This document shows, one piece after another, positions 35,246-44,169 of a stretch of DNA of 64,000 nt. The stretch is taken from assembly GCA_965208165.1 (NCBI GenBank), contig OZ242323.1:2864893-2928892 (forward strand), in the 5' to 3' direction. How positions within the stretch are numbered: position 1 is the first letter of the stretch; each line of letters opens with the position of its first letter. The position numbers were made by a program, and so were the translations under genes. A model generated the notes under the pieces. It was not told the origin of the DNA and did not search any database. It saw only the letters and a program-made list of their open reading frames with translations. The DNA is from Vicinamibacterales bacterium (GTDB lineage Bacteria > Acidobacteriota > Vicinamibacteria > Vicinamibacterales > UBA8438).

Positions 35246-36036
35246 TCCTGCCCGAGCCAGCGCCCGGCCATGACGATGTCCGCCCACCCCGTCAGATGGA
35301 TGCCCTCGTCCGTCCAGCGCACGCGCTGCACGCCGCCCGGCGAAACCACCTCGACCTCGCGCGAGGCGCCGCCGAAGGCTGCCGCCGCCACCGCGCTCGC
35401 GCACGCTCCGGTGCCGGACGCGGCCGTCGGACCAACGCCGCGTTCCCAGATGAGTATCCGAAGCCGGGAGGCCGACTCCACCTCGACCAGCTCGACGTTG
35501 GTGCCTTCGGGGAACGCCGGATGGGTGGCGAGGGCGGCGCCGAGACGGTGGAGGCGGCGCTCGCTCACCTCGCCCCCGAGCACGATGCACTGGGGATTCC
35601 CGACCGACAGCTCGACGACCTCGACCTGCTCGCCGCCCGCCTCCACCTGCCGTCGACGGAGCCCCACCGGCGAGCCCATGAGGGCGTCGAACGTGGTCCG
35701 CCCGCCCGCCGACCCGACCCGCGCCAGTGGTACCGGGCCGGCATCGGTCTCGATGACCGGGCGACCGAGAGAGGGCCGTCCGCGGACGACGATCGCGGCC
35801 AGGCAGCGCACCGCGTTGCCGGACACCTCCGCCCGCCCCCCGTCCGCGTTGTAGAGGACCATCCGGGCGCCGGCCTCGGTGGCCGCGTGGAGCACGAGCC
35901 CGTCTCCCCCCACACCGGTGTGCCGGTCGCAGAGGCGGCGGGCCAGCGCGGCGCGCCCGGCCTCGGCGGTCTGCTCGATGGGAACGAAGAGAAAGTCGTT
36001 GCCGTAGGCGTGGGCCTTGACGAGGTCGAGTGGCAT
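35233..36036 (-). CDS. dapF: Diaminopimelate epimerase
   Basis: 267 aa. MPLDLVKAHAYGNDFLFVP..., active-site Cys blocks (NADGGRAEVSGNAVRC, ERGVGPTAASGTGACA). Confidence 0.85.
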   Translation of the reverse strand: MPLDLVKAHAYGNDFLFVPIEQTAEAGRAALARRLCDRHTGVGGDGLVLHAATEAGARMVLYNADGGRAEVSGNAVRCLAAIVVRGRPSLGRPVIETDAGPVPLARVGSAGGRTTFDALMGSPVGLRRRQVEAGGEQVEVVELSVGNPQCIVLGGEVSERRLHRLGAALATHPAFPEGTNVELVEVESASRLRILIWERGVGPTAASGTGACASAVAAAAFGGASREVEVVSPGGVQRVRWTDEGIHLTGWADIVMAGRWLGQEPAP

Positions 36037-36058
36037 GGTTGCCGGGGTCCGTCTCCGA

Positions 36059-36907
36059 TCAGGGCCCCAGCGGGCTCCTGAACACCCAGGTGAGGCCGAC
36101 GGTCACGCCGACCTTGGGATCGAGGGCAGTGAGCCCGGTGAACAATCCGCCGTCCAACCGGACCGCCCCGCGGGTATGGCGCAGCCCGAAGGTCATGCGA
36201 CCGCGGCTCTCCGTGCCGGGCGGCGGCGTCCCCCGCCGCGTGCTGATGCGCCCGTTGAGCTCGCCGACGATCTCCGACGCGGCGGTTATCGCCCGAGCCA
36301 CCGAGACCCCGTAGGCCAGCACGTCGTTCTGGCGGTCGCCGCGCGTCGGGTCCGACAGAATGCCCACGCCGATGTTGCCGACGAGGCGGATCGACTGCAC
36401 CGTCTTGCCGACGAGCAACGACTGGAAGAAGTCCATGGTGTCGAGCCCGAGCCCGGTCTCGTTGCTGGCGTTCGGCAGCCGCGTGGCGAACCGCAGGCCG
36501 ACGGCCGGCATCACCGCGCCTTCGTCGGCCAGCTTGACCTTGGCGCCGATCACGGCGTCCTCCCAGCCCCGCGTCGTGTCGCCGGGGACCTCGACCATGT
36601 GCGCCAGCGGTGCGTCGAAGCGCTCGGAGATGACGAGGCGGCTGATGGACACCGCCTCGAGCTGTATCTCGGCCCGCGACCCCATGCCGAAGCTGAGGCC
36701 GAGCCGTGGCAACCGCAGGAGCTGCCCCTGGAGCCCCGACACGGGAAAGATGTGGTTCCACGTGTTGTCGATGCCGGCCTCGAGGAGCACGAGGCCGTCC
36801 CCGACGGGCTCGGGGTCCTCGGTCAGCAGCGGCCGCTGCTGGGCCGCCCCCGCCCCCGCGACCAGGCAGAATCCAATCACCCACCCCGCCAGACGCGTCA
36901 ACCTCAT
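36059..36907 (-). CDS. Putative outer-membrane beta-barrel protein (transporter / MetA-pathway-like)
   Basis: 282 aa. Signal MRLTRLAGWVIGFCLVAGAGAAQQ, alternating beta pattern, ends ...GVTVGLTWVF-RSPLGP. Family call is tentative. Confidence 0.45.
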   Translation of the reverse strand: MRLTRLAGWVIGFCLVAGAGAAQQRPLLTEDPEPVGDGLVLLEAGIDNTWNHIFPVSGLQGQLLRLPRLGLSFGMGSRAEIQLEAVSISRLVISERFDAPLAHMVEVPGDTTRGWEDAVIGAKVKLADEGAVMPAVGLRFATRLPNASNETGLGLDTMDFFQSLLVGKTVQSIRLVGNIGVGILSDPTRGDRQNDVLAYGVSVARAITAASEIVGELNGRISTRRGTPPPGTESRGRMTFGLRHTRGAVRLDGGLFTGLTALDPKVGVTVGLTWVFRSPLGP

Positions 36908-36919
36908 CCTTCTCCCCGT

Positions 36920-37369
36920 TCAGAATGCCTTCCCGGTGTCGAGGAGGATCGTCACCGGCCCGTCGTTGACGGAGTCGACCTCCATGTGCGCCTGAAACAC
37001 CCCGGTCTCGACCCGGACCCCGTCATCGCGGAACCGCCGGACGAGCTCGTCGTACACGGGGCGCGCTTCTTCCGGACGCGCGGCCGCGTCGAACGAGGGT
37101 CGCCGCCCCCGACGACAGTCTCCGTAGAGGGTGAACTGGGAAACGAGCAGGATGCCCCCGCCGACATCGCGCACGGAACGGTTCATGCGCCCGTCGTCGT
37201 CCGGAAAGACGCGCAACCCGACGACCTTGTCGACCAGACAGGACACGGCGTCGCGCCCGTCGCCGCGTGCGATCCCCACCAGCACCAGCAGCCCGCGCCG
37301 AATGCTGCCCACCGTCTTCTCGTCGACGGTGACCCGGGCCGAGCTCACCCGCTGAACGACGGCTCGCAT
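36920..37369 (-). CDS. dtd: D-aminoacyl-tRNA deacylase
   Basis: 149 aa. MRAVVQRVSSARVTVD...GLLVLVGI...SQFTLYGD...GRRPSF. Confidence 0.9.
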   Translation of the reverse strand: MRAVVQRVSSARVTVDEKTVGSIRRGLLVLVGIARGDGRDAVSCLVDKVVGLRVFPDDDGRMNRSVRDVGGGILLVSQFTLYGDCRRGRRPSFDAAARPEEARPVYDELVRRFRDDGVRVETGVFQAHMEVDSVNDGPVTILLDTGKAF

Positions 37370-37462
37370 CGATTTCCTGAAGCCCGCGCGCGCGACGACC
37401 CCGGATCGGCCTCCCCCGGGACGCCCGATAGGGAAACGCGGCGCGCAGGCATCGCGGCGCGT

Positions 37463-38290
37463 TCAGACGGCCGCCGCCTCGCCGGAGGACGGCGCCGCCG
37501 GGAGGGATGCGGCCAAGCCCGCCCGAAGCTCCGACACCGGGTTCAGGCGCCGGTCGAGCAGGTGACGCCCGGCGACGTTGCCGAGCGCCTTCAGCATCGA
37601 CTGCTTCACCCCCGGATGCTCCCGTTCGAGGTCGAGCAGCAGCCGCTTGACGCGCTGCCTCTGCAGCCCCAGGTCGCCGCAGGCCGGACAGCAGCAGCCG
37701 ATCACGGGCAGGCCCGCCTGCCGGGTATAGTCCCGCGCCTCCTCCTCGCTGACGTAGGCCAGTGGGCGAACGACCACGTGGCGTCGATCGTCGGAAACCA
37801 GGCGGGCCGGCATCGCCTTCAGGGCCCCGGCGAAGAACAGGTTCAGCAGCAGCGTCTCGATGAAATCGTCGGCGTGATGCCCGAGGGCGATCTTGGTTGC
37901 CCCCACCTCGCCGGCGATTCGGTACAGGACGCCGCGCCGGAGGCGGGCGCAGAGCGAGCAGGGGGTCGCCCGCTCGTCGAGCTTGTCGTCGATGATCGCG
38001 CCGATCGTCGTGTGCTCGACCCGCAGCTCCCAACCCCGCTCCTCGCAGGCCCGCTCGAGCTCGTCGTGCCGGTAGTCGCGATAACCCGAATGCACGTTCA
38101 CCGCCACCAGGGTGAAGTCGATCGGCGCCCGCCGCCGCAGCGCGTCCAGCAACTGCATCAGGGCCCAACTGTCCTTGCCGCCGGACAGGCCGACCATGAC
38201 CCGATCGCCGTCCTCGATGAGCTCGAAGTCGACGATGGCCTTGGTCACCCTGCGGGCCAGCTTCTTCTCGAGTGCGCTCTCGTACGCCAT
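37463..38290 (-). CDS. ttcA: tRNA 2-thiocytidine biosynthesis protein TtcA (PP-loop ATPase)
   Basis: ATG 38290 (MAYESALEKKLARRV...). PP-loop GLSGGKDS and Cys clusters CSLCARLRRG and CCCPACG. The track ORF over-extends through the repeat array. Confidence 0.85.
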   Translation of the reverse strand: MAYESALEKKLARRVTKAIVDFELIEDGDRVMVGLSGGKDSWALMQLLDALRRRAPIDFTLVAVNVHSGYRDYRHDELERACEERGWELRVEHTTIGAIIDDKLDERATPCSLCARLRRGVLYRIAGEVGATKIALGHHADDFIETLLLNLFFAGALKAMPARLVSDDRRHVVVRPLAYVSEEEARDYTRQAGLPVIGCCCPACGDLGLQRQRVKRLLLDLEREHPGVKQSMLKALGNVAGRHLLDRRLNPVSELRAGLAASLPAAPSSGEAAAV

Positions 38291-38409
38291 GACTGTGCCG
38301 TCGGGGTGTCGTGCCGCAGACCGGTCCGGCGGGCGGTGCGCCGCAGTCCCGGCGCCCGGCGAACGCGCTCCCCGGGCCGCTGCGATCCAAGTCCATGATA
38401 CGACGAAAA

Positions 38410-38803
38410 GCGGCGGGTGGAGCAGTCCGCGCCGTCCTGCGCCCGGACGCCGAATCAGTCGAGGAACGTCCGGGGACCAGCGCTCGATCACCATCGGGCC
38501 GAACAGAAGCGGCGGGCGGAAGCAGTCCGCGCCGTTTCTGCGCCCGGACGCCGCATCGGTCGAGGAACGTCTGGGACCAGCACTCGAGCACCATCAGGCC
38601 GAGCAGGAGCGGCGGGCAGTCCGCGCCGTTCTGCGCCCGAACGCCGCATCAGTCGGGGAACGTCCGGGGACCAGCGCTCGAGCACCATCAGGCCGAGCAG
38701 GAGCGGCGGGCGGAAGCAGCCCGCACCGTCCTGCGCCCGGACGCAGAATCAGTCGAGGAACGTCTGGGACCAGCGCTCGAGCACCATCAGGCCGAACAGG
38801 AGA
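38410..38803. repeat. ~93-101-bp tandem repeat x4 reiterating the last 18 codons plus stop of the AsnB-like gene
   Basis: tca/tcg-gtc(g)agg anchors at 38455, 38556, 38649 and 38749 (the real stop). Each unit is [~47-nt spacer with GCAGTCCGCGCCGT..CTGCGCCCGGAC hairpin] + [tcagtcgaggaacgtctgggaccagcgctcgagcaccatcaggccgaacagga]. Confidence 0.9.
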
Positions 38804-40635
38804 CGGGCATGGTCGCGGCGGCCGGCCAGATGCTCGTCGACCCTGCGGGTGACCTCGCCGGGCTCGAACCAGCCCCGCCGACGCACCTGGTCGGGCCCCA
38901 GGAGGTCCTGCATCGGCAGGGCCCACTGGTGCCGCAGCCAGGTCCGGGTGGGCATGAAGAACCCCGCCGTCGGCCGTTGCAGCGTCGACTCCGGCAGGAG
39001 CGGGCGGAGCGCGAGCTTGAGGATGTACTGGCGGTCGCCGTTCCGGATCTTCAGGGAGCCGGGCATCGAGAACGCCAGCTCCATGACGTCGACGTCGAGA
39101 AAGGGCGCCCGCGTCTCCAGGGAGGTCGCCATGCTCAGCCGGTCGACGGCCACGAGCAGATCGTCGCTCAGGAACACCTGCAGATCCGCGTACAGCTGGC
39201 GGTTGAGGAGGTCGTCGGTGTGGGCGCCCTGCAGATGACGGCGAATCGGCGCGTACACGTCGCTGTCGACGAGGGCCCGGCGAAGGGCCGGCGTGTAGAT
39301 GCGCCGCTTCTCGGGAACGTCGAGGACCGTCATCCACCGGTAGTGCGCGATGTTCTCGGGGCCCGTCGCCAGCCCCCGGGCGAAGCGGCGCAGCCGGTTG
39401 ATGACCCCCTGCTTCTTCTCGCTGTGCGGCAACAGGGCCGTCGCCGCCGAGAGCAGCCGCAACGCGGCGTCGGGAGCCAGCTTCGACACGCGCCGCGCCA
39501 GCGCCTCGATCCGGTAGGTCCGGTAGCCGCCGAAGAGCGCGGCCCCCCCGCTGCCGGACAGGGCCGTGGTCACGTGCTGGCGGGCGATCTGCGACACCAG
39601 GAAGATCGGGAACGACGAGGCGTCGGCGAACGGCTGATCGAAATGGGCCGCCACGCGCTCGAACAACGTGGCGAGGTCGGGGTCGACCACCGCCTCCCGG
39701 TGGTCCGTCCCGAAGTGGGACGCCACCGCACGGGCCTGGGGCAGCTCGTCGTAGCCGGCCGCGTCGAAGCCGACGCTGAACGTGGAGACCGGCTGCTCGG
39801 CCGCCGTCGCCATCAGGCCGACGACGGCGCTCGAATCGACGTCCCCCCCCATGAACGCGCCGAGGGGCACGTCCGACATCATCTGGGCGGTGACCGCCCG
39901 CGACAGCGCCTCGCGGAGCGCCGACGCCGCCTCGTCGTCGCTCCAGCTCCGGATCGGCACCGAGGCCGGGTCCCAGTACCGCTCGATCTTCACCGAGCCC
40001 CGCTCGTAGATCAGGTAGTGGGCCGGGGGCAGGCTCCGGACGTCGGCGAAGATGGTCCGGGGGTTCAGCACGAACCCGTAGGTCAGGAACTGATCCAGCG
40101 CTTCGAAGTCCATCTCCCGCGACGCTTCAGGCCGCAGGAGCAGGGCCTTCATCTCGGAGCCGAACAGGAGGCGTTGCGGCGTCTGCGCATAGAAGAGGGG
40201 CTTCTCGCCGGCCCGGTCGCGACCGGCGAAAAAGCGGCGGTTGTTCGCATCCCATAATGCGAAGGCGAACATGCCGCGCAGGCGGGTCACCACGTCGACC
40301 CCGAACGCCTCGTAGCCGTGCAGTATGACCTCGACGTCGGACCGGCTCCGAAACCGGTGGCCCCTCCCGATGAGCTCCCGGCGCAGCTCGGCGTGGTTGT
40401 AGATCTCGCCGTTCGCCACGAGATGCGTCGACCCGTCCTCGCTCGAGAACGGCTGCTGCCCGTTGCGGACGTCGATGATCGGCAGCCGCCGCATGCCGAG
40501 GCCCACCCCCGGCCGGACGAGCTGGCCGTGCTGATCGGGCCCCCGATGGCGCAGGGTCTCGACCATGCGATTGACCTGGGTCGGATCCACCGGGCGGGCC
40601 GGGTCACGTTCGACGATGCCGGCGATACCGGACAT
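38749..40635 (-). CDS. Asparagine synthase (glutamine-hydrolysing) family protein with Ser in place of the N-terminal nucleophile Cys
   Basis: ATG 40635: MSGIAGIVERDP... (canonical is MCGI). GATase-2 blocks (GPDQHG, ANGEIYNH) and a synthetase PP-loop variant (GAFMGGDVDSSAVVG). 628 aa. Confidence 0.75.
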   Translation of the reverse strand: MSGIAGIVERDPARPVDPTQVNRMVETLRHRGPDQHGQLVRPGVGLGMRRLPIIDVRNGQQPFSSEDGSTHLVANGEIYNHAELRRELIGRGHRFRSRSDVEVILHGYEAFGVDVVTRLRGMFAFALWDANNRRFFAGRDRAGEKPLFYAQTPQRLLFGSEMKALLLRPEASREMDFEALDQFLTYGFVLNPRTIFADVRSLPPAHYLIYERGSVKIERYWDPASVPIRSWSDDEAASALREALSRAVTAQMMSDVPLGAFMGGDVDSSAVVGLMATAAEQPVSTFSVGFDAAGYDELPQARAVASHFGTDHREAVVDPDLATLFERVAAHFDQPFADASSFPIFLVSQIARQHVTTALSGSGGAALFGGYRTYRIEALARRVSKLAPDAALRLLSAATALLPHSEKKQGVINRLRRFARGLATGPENIAHYRWMTVLDVPEKRRIYTPALRRALVDSDVYAPIRRHLQGAHTDDLLNRQLYADLQVFLSDDLLVAVDRLSMATSLETRAPFLDVDVMELAFSMPGSLKIRNGDRQYILKLALRPLLPESTLQRPTAGFFMPTRTWLRHQWALPMQDLLGPDQVRRRGWFEPGEVTRRVDEHLAGRRDHARLLFGLMVLERWSQTFLD

Positions 40636-40878
40636 GGGCAGGCTGGAGAAAGGGCGAATCCGCCACCGGCGGCCGGACCACTGCCGGCCGTGTGCAGACG
40701 CGACGATGGTACAATGGGCGCGGTCCGTAATCATCAGTTTCTTTGGCGAATCGGGCGGATCGCTCCTTCCGCGGTTCGTTTCTTCCCGCGCGGCATTGCC
40801 CGTCGCGGCGGTGGCGTCCCCGCGAATCGAGAGGCAGGTCCTCCATCGTCGGCGCCCGGCCCGAATCAGGACCGACTC

Positions 40879-41940
40879 ATGTCCCACGCCGTCGCCCGCC
40901 TCGTCGCCGGGGCGGCCGCCGCGACGCTCCTCGCCGCGTGCGGTGCGCCGGACGCCGGCCCGGTGCTGGCTCCGTTCCGAGCCGAGCTGGACCGGCTCGT
41001 GCGCGAGGCGGAGACCGCGCGGCGCATCGCCGTCGGCGGCGTGGACGACTGGCTCTTTCTCGCTCCCGAGCTGCGGCTGGTGAGCCTGGACGGCCTGCGG
41101 GAATCGGACCCCGCCGACGTGGCGGCGCCGGCGGCGGAAACGGGCCCCGTCGCGACCATTCTCGACCTGCACCGCCAGCTCGAGGCGCTGGGCGTCGAGC
41201 TGCTCCTGGCCCCGGTGCCGCCGAAGTCGGTCATCTTCCCCGAGAAGGTGTCCGCAGCGGTGGCGGTTCCCATTCCGGTGCCGCGTCTCGACCCCGCCCT
41301 CGAACGGCTCTACGATCGGCTCCGCGCGGGCGGCGTCGACGTCCTGGACCTGACGGATCACTTCATCCGCGAGCGCTTCCACGCGGAGGGTCCGCTGTAC
41401 TGCCGCACCGACACCCACTGGTCGGGCAGCGGATGCACGACGGCCGCCGCCGCCATCGCCGCCGACGTCCGGGCCCGGCCGTGGCATGCGGAGCTCGCTA
41501 CGGAGTCGTTCGGGGCGAGCTGGTACAGCACCGGCATCAGCGGCGACCTCACCGGGGCCGGCGGCGTCCCCGCGCCCCGGGAAGAGTTGCGCCTGCGGGG
41601 GGTGATTCGCGCGACGGGTCGCGACCGCACCGCGGTCGCGACCGATCCCGAGAGCCCCGTCCTGCTCATCGGCGACAGTCACGCGCTGGTGTTCCATGCC
41701 GGCGGCGACCTGCACGCCACCGGGGCGGGGCTGCCCGATCAGCTCGCCTTCGAGCTCGGCCTCCCCGTCGATCTCGCGGCGACGCCGGACCCCTCCCCCG
41801 TGGCCGCCCTCGAGGCGCTCGTCGAGCGGGTTCGCGCCGACCCGGGCTACTGGAGCCGGAAGCGGCTGGTCATCTGGTGCTTCGCGGCGCGCGGGTTCGG
41901 CGCGCGCGACGACTGGCGTCCGGTATCCATCGCGCCGTGA
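40879..41940 (+). CDS. AlgX/AlgJ-like SGNH-fold lipoprotein (putative polysaccharide O-acetyltransferase)
   Basis: ATG 40879. Lipobox LLAAC. CRTDTHWSGSG (DxHW block) and LLIGDSH (GDS). In frame with the 540-aa track ORF. Confidence 0.55.
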   Translation: MSHAVARLVAGAAAATLLAACGAPDAGPVLAPFRAELDRLVREAETARRIAVGGVDDWLFLAPELRLVSLDGLRESDPADVAAPAAETGPVATILDLHRQLEALGVELLLAPVPPKSVIFPEKVSAAVAVPIPVPRLDPALERLYDRLRAGGVDVLDLTDHFIRERFHAEGPLYCRTDTHWSGSGCTTAAAAIAADVRARPWHAELATESFGASWYSTGISGDLTGAGGVPAPREELRLRGVIRATGRDRTAVATDPESPVLLIGDSHALVFHAGGDLHATGAGLPDQLAFELGLPVDLAATPDPSPVAALEALVERVRADPGYWSRKRLVIWCFAARGFGARDDWRPVSIAP

Positions 41941-43043
41941 CCGAAGTCCCCCTCGTCGACCTCCGCGCGCAGTACGCGTCGATCAGACACGAGATCGACG
42001 AGGTGGTGGCGCGCGTGCTCGCGAGCGGCCGGTTCGCGCAGGGGCCCGAGGTGTCCGCCTTCGAGCGCGAGTTCGCCGCGTTCTGCGGCGCCGGCCACGG
42101 CGTCGCCGTCAACTCCGGCACCAGCGCCCTCCACCTCGCCCTCCTCGCGGCCGGCGCCGGACCCGGCGACGAGGTGATCACGGTCCCGTTCACGTTCATC
42201 GCCACCGTCGCGGCCATCCGGTACACCGGCGCGACCCCGGTGTTCGTCGACATCGACCCGCGGACCCGCACCATGGACGTGGACCGGGTCGAGGAGGCGA
42301 TGAGCGCGCGGACGAAGGCGGTGGTCCCCGTGCATCTCTTCGGCCATCCCGCCGACCTCGACCCGCTGCTCGCCCTCGCCCGCCGGCGCGGCGTGACGGT
42401 CATCGAGGATGCGGCGCAGGCGCACGGGGCCGAGTACCGCGGCCGCCGGGTCGGCGGCCTCGGAGACCTGGGCTGCTTCAGCTTCTACCCCACCAAGAAC
42501 CTCGGGGCGTACGGCGAGGGCGGCATGGTCGTCACCAGCGACGAGGCGCACGCCCGCGCCGTTCGCGCGCTGCGGAGCTGGGGCGGCGACGACCGGCGCT
42601 CGCCGCCGCAAGCCGGCTTCAACTACCGGATGGAGGCCCTGCAGGGCGCCATTCTCCGGGTCAAGCTCCGTCATCTCCCGACCTGGACGGCGGCCCGCCG
42701 CCGCATCGCCGCCGCCTACGACCGCGCGCTGGCCCCGACCGGGGTCACCGTGCCCGCGGCCGGGCCGGACGTCCGGCCCGTCTACCACTGCTACGCGGTG
42801 GAGACGCCGCGTCGGGACGTCCTGCGCCGGGCGCTCGAAGCGGAAGGAATCGGGACCGGGCTGCACTACCCGGCGCCGATACACCTGCAGGCCTGCTGCG
42901 CCGATCTCGGCGGCCGGGCCGGCGACCATCCCCACGCCGAGGCGGCCGCCGGCCGCACGCTGAGCCTGCCCATCTACCCCGAGCTGCCGCAGGACGTGCC
43001 GCCGCGGGTGGCCGAGATCGCGGGGCGGGTCTGCCGGGAGTGA
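41937..43043 (+). CDS. DegT/DnrJ/EryC1/StrS-family sugar aminotransferase
   Basis: GTG 41937 overlaps the upstream stop (GTGA). VNSGTSALHLAL and FYPTKNLGAYGEGG (PLP-Lys). ~368 aa. Confidence 0.85.
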   Translation: MTEVPLVDLRAQYASIRHEIDEVVARVLASGRFAQGPEVSAFEREFAAFCGAGHGVAVNSGTSALHLALLAAGAGPGDEVITVPFTFIATVAAIRYTGATPVFVDIDPRTRTMDVDRVEEAMSARTKAVVPVHLFGHPADLDPLLALARRRGVTVIEDAAQAHGAEYRGRRVGGLGDLGCFSFYPTKNLGAYGEGGMVVTSDEAHARAVRALRSWGGDDRRSPPQAGFNYRMEALQGAILRVKLRHLPTWTAARRRIAAAYDRALAPTGVTVPAAGPDVRPVYHCYAVETPRRDVLRRALEAEGIGTGLHYPAPIHLQACCADLGGRAGDHPHAEAAAGRTLSLPIYPELPQDVPPRVAEIAGRVCRE

Positions 43044-43144
43044 CCCTTGCGATGGGGTCGAATGCCTGCCCCGTCAGCCGAGGAACCGACGCGCGGCTAT
43101 CGGAATCGCGGTCCGGATGCCCGCGACCGACGGGGCGCGGGCCC

Positions 43145-43714
43145 TCACGGCCGCGGCTCGGACGGTTCGTAGTAGCGCCGGTAGTCCTGGCCGATGCCCC
43201 GCCGGAAGAGCCAACCGCCGAGCGGACCCAGCCACCGCAGCACGTGGTGCATGTGGCGCAGGTCGGTCAGCTCGATGAGGTTCCCGTCGGGGTCCCGGGC
43301 GAAGAACAGGGTGTGGCCGTGGGGCGACCGCTCGGGCCGGCTGACGATCTCCACCCCCTTGTCCGCCAGGTAGTCGTGCCAGCGCGCGGTGTCCCGCACG
43401 TTGAAGCAGAGGTGCGTCAACCCGACGCGGTTCCAGGCCACCTCGGCCGCCGGCCGGTCCGGCCGGAACTCGAAGATCTCGATCACCGCCCCCCCCGGCA
43501 CCCGGATCCAGCCGATCTTGCAGGTCGGCTCGGGGGCGTCGACCCCGAAGAAGCCCTGTATCCGCTCCGTCGGGGCGTCTGACACGCCCACCAGGGGGCA
43601 CCCGAAGACGTCCCAGTAGAACCGGACCGCCCGGTTGAAGTCGGCCACCGTGATGCCGGTGTGGCTGAATGAACGTACGCGCACGATGGTGTCCTCCCTG
43701 CTCTCCCCGGCCAC
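43145..43714 (-). CDS. VOC (glyoxalase/bleomycin resistance/dioxygenase) family protein
   Basis: 189 aa. FSHTGITVADFNRAVRFYWDVFG ... GLTHLCFNVRD ... FFARDPDGNLIEL. Confidence 0.7.
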   Translation of the reverse strand: MAGESREDTIVRVRSFSHTGITVADFNRAVRFYWDVFGCPLVGVSDAPTERIQGFFGVDAPEPTCKIGWIRVPGGAVIEIFEFRPDRPAAEVAWNRVGLTHLCFNVRDTARWHDYLADKGVEIVSRPERSPHGHTLFFARDPDGNLIELTDLRHMHHVLRWLGPLGGWLFRRGIGQDYRRYYEPSEPRP

Positions 43715-43789
43715 GCGCCGGCCTCGGAAGCGGGCAATTCGACTCGGCCGCCGCGCTGCGGCGCGGCCGCCTCGGCCCGTCCTGCGCCG

Positions 43790-44169
43790 AGGCCAGCCCG
43801 CCCGTCGAGGCCTGACGGCGTCGCTGGACGCCCGACCGACCTCCAGGGTCCGCGCCGTGCTACGGCGCAGACTACGGCGTCGCTGGACGCCCGACCGACC
43901 TCCAGGGTCCGCGCCGTGCTACGGCGCAGACTACGGCGTCGCTGGACGCCCGACCGACCTCCAGGGTCCGCGCCGCGCTACGGCGCAGACTACGGCGTCG
44001 CTGGACGCCCGACCGACCTCCAGGGTCCGCGCCGTGCTACGGCGCAGACTACGGCGTCGCTGGACGCCCGACCGACCTCCAGGGTCCGCGCCGTGCTACG
44101 GCGCAGACTACGGCGTCGCTGGACGCCCGACCGACCTCCAGGGTCCGCGCCGTGCTACGGCGCAGACTC
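43790..44169 (-). repeat. Hairpin-family copy followed by a 59-bp sub-unit repeated x6; the last unit contains the GMC gene stop
   Basis: tcgctggacg anchors at 43821, 43880, 43939, 43998, 44057, 44116 (period exactly 59). Unit: acggcgtcgctggacgcccgaccgacctccagggtccgcgccgtgctacggcgcagact. One substitution in copy 3. Confidence 0.95.

Noticed and set aside
34876-35273. Repeat units translating to reiterated peptides (PPIVAGGSARRPT... / ARPSSPAAPLGAPPDPPGVSAVS...) as a possible repeat protein
   Set aside because: The same DNA family occurs in both orientations and in different frames relative to neighbours. It lacks start/SD context, and its conserved feature is a nucleic-acid hairpin, not a peptide.
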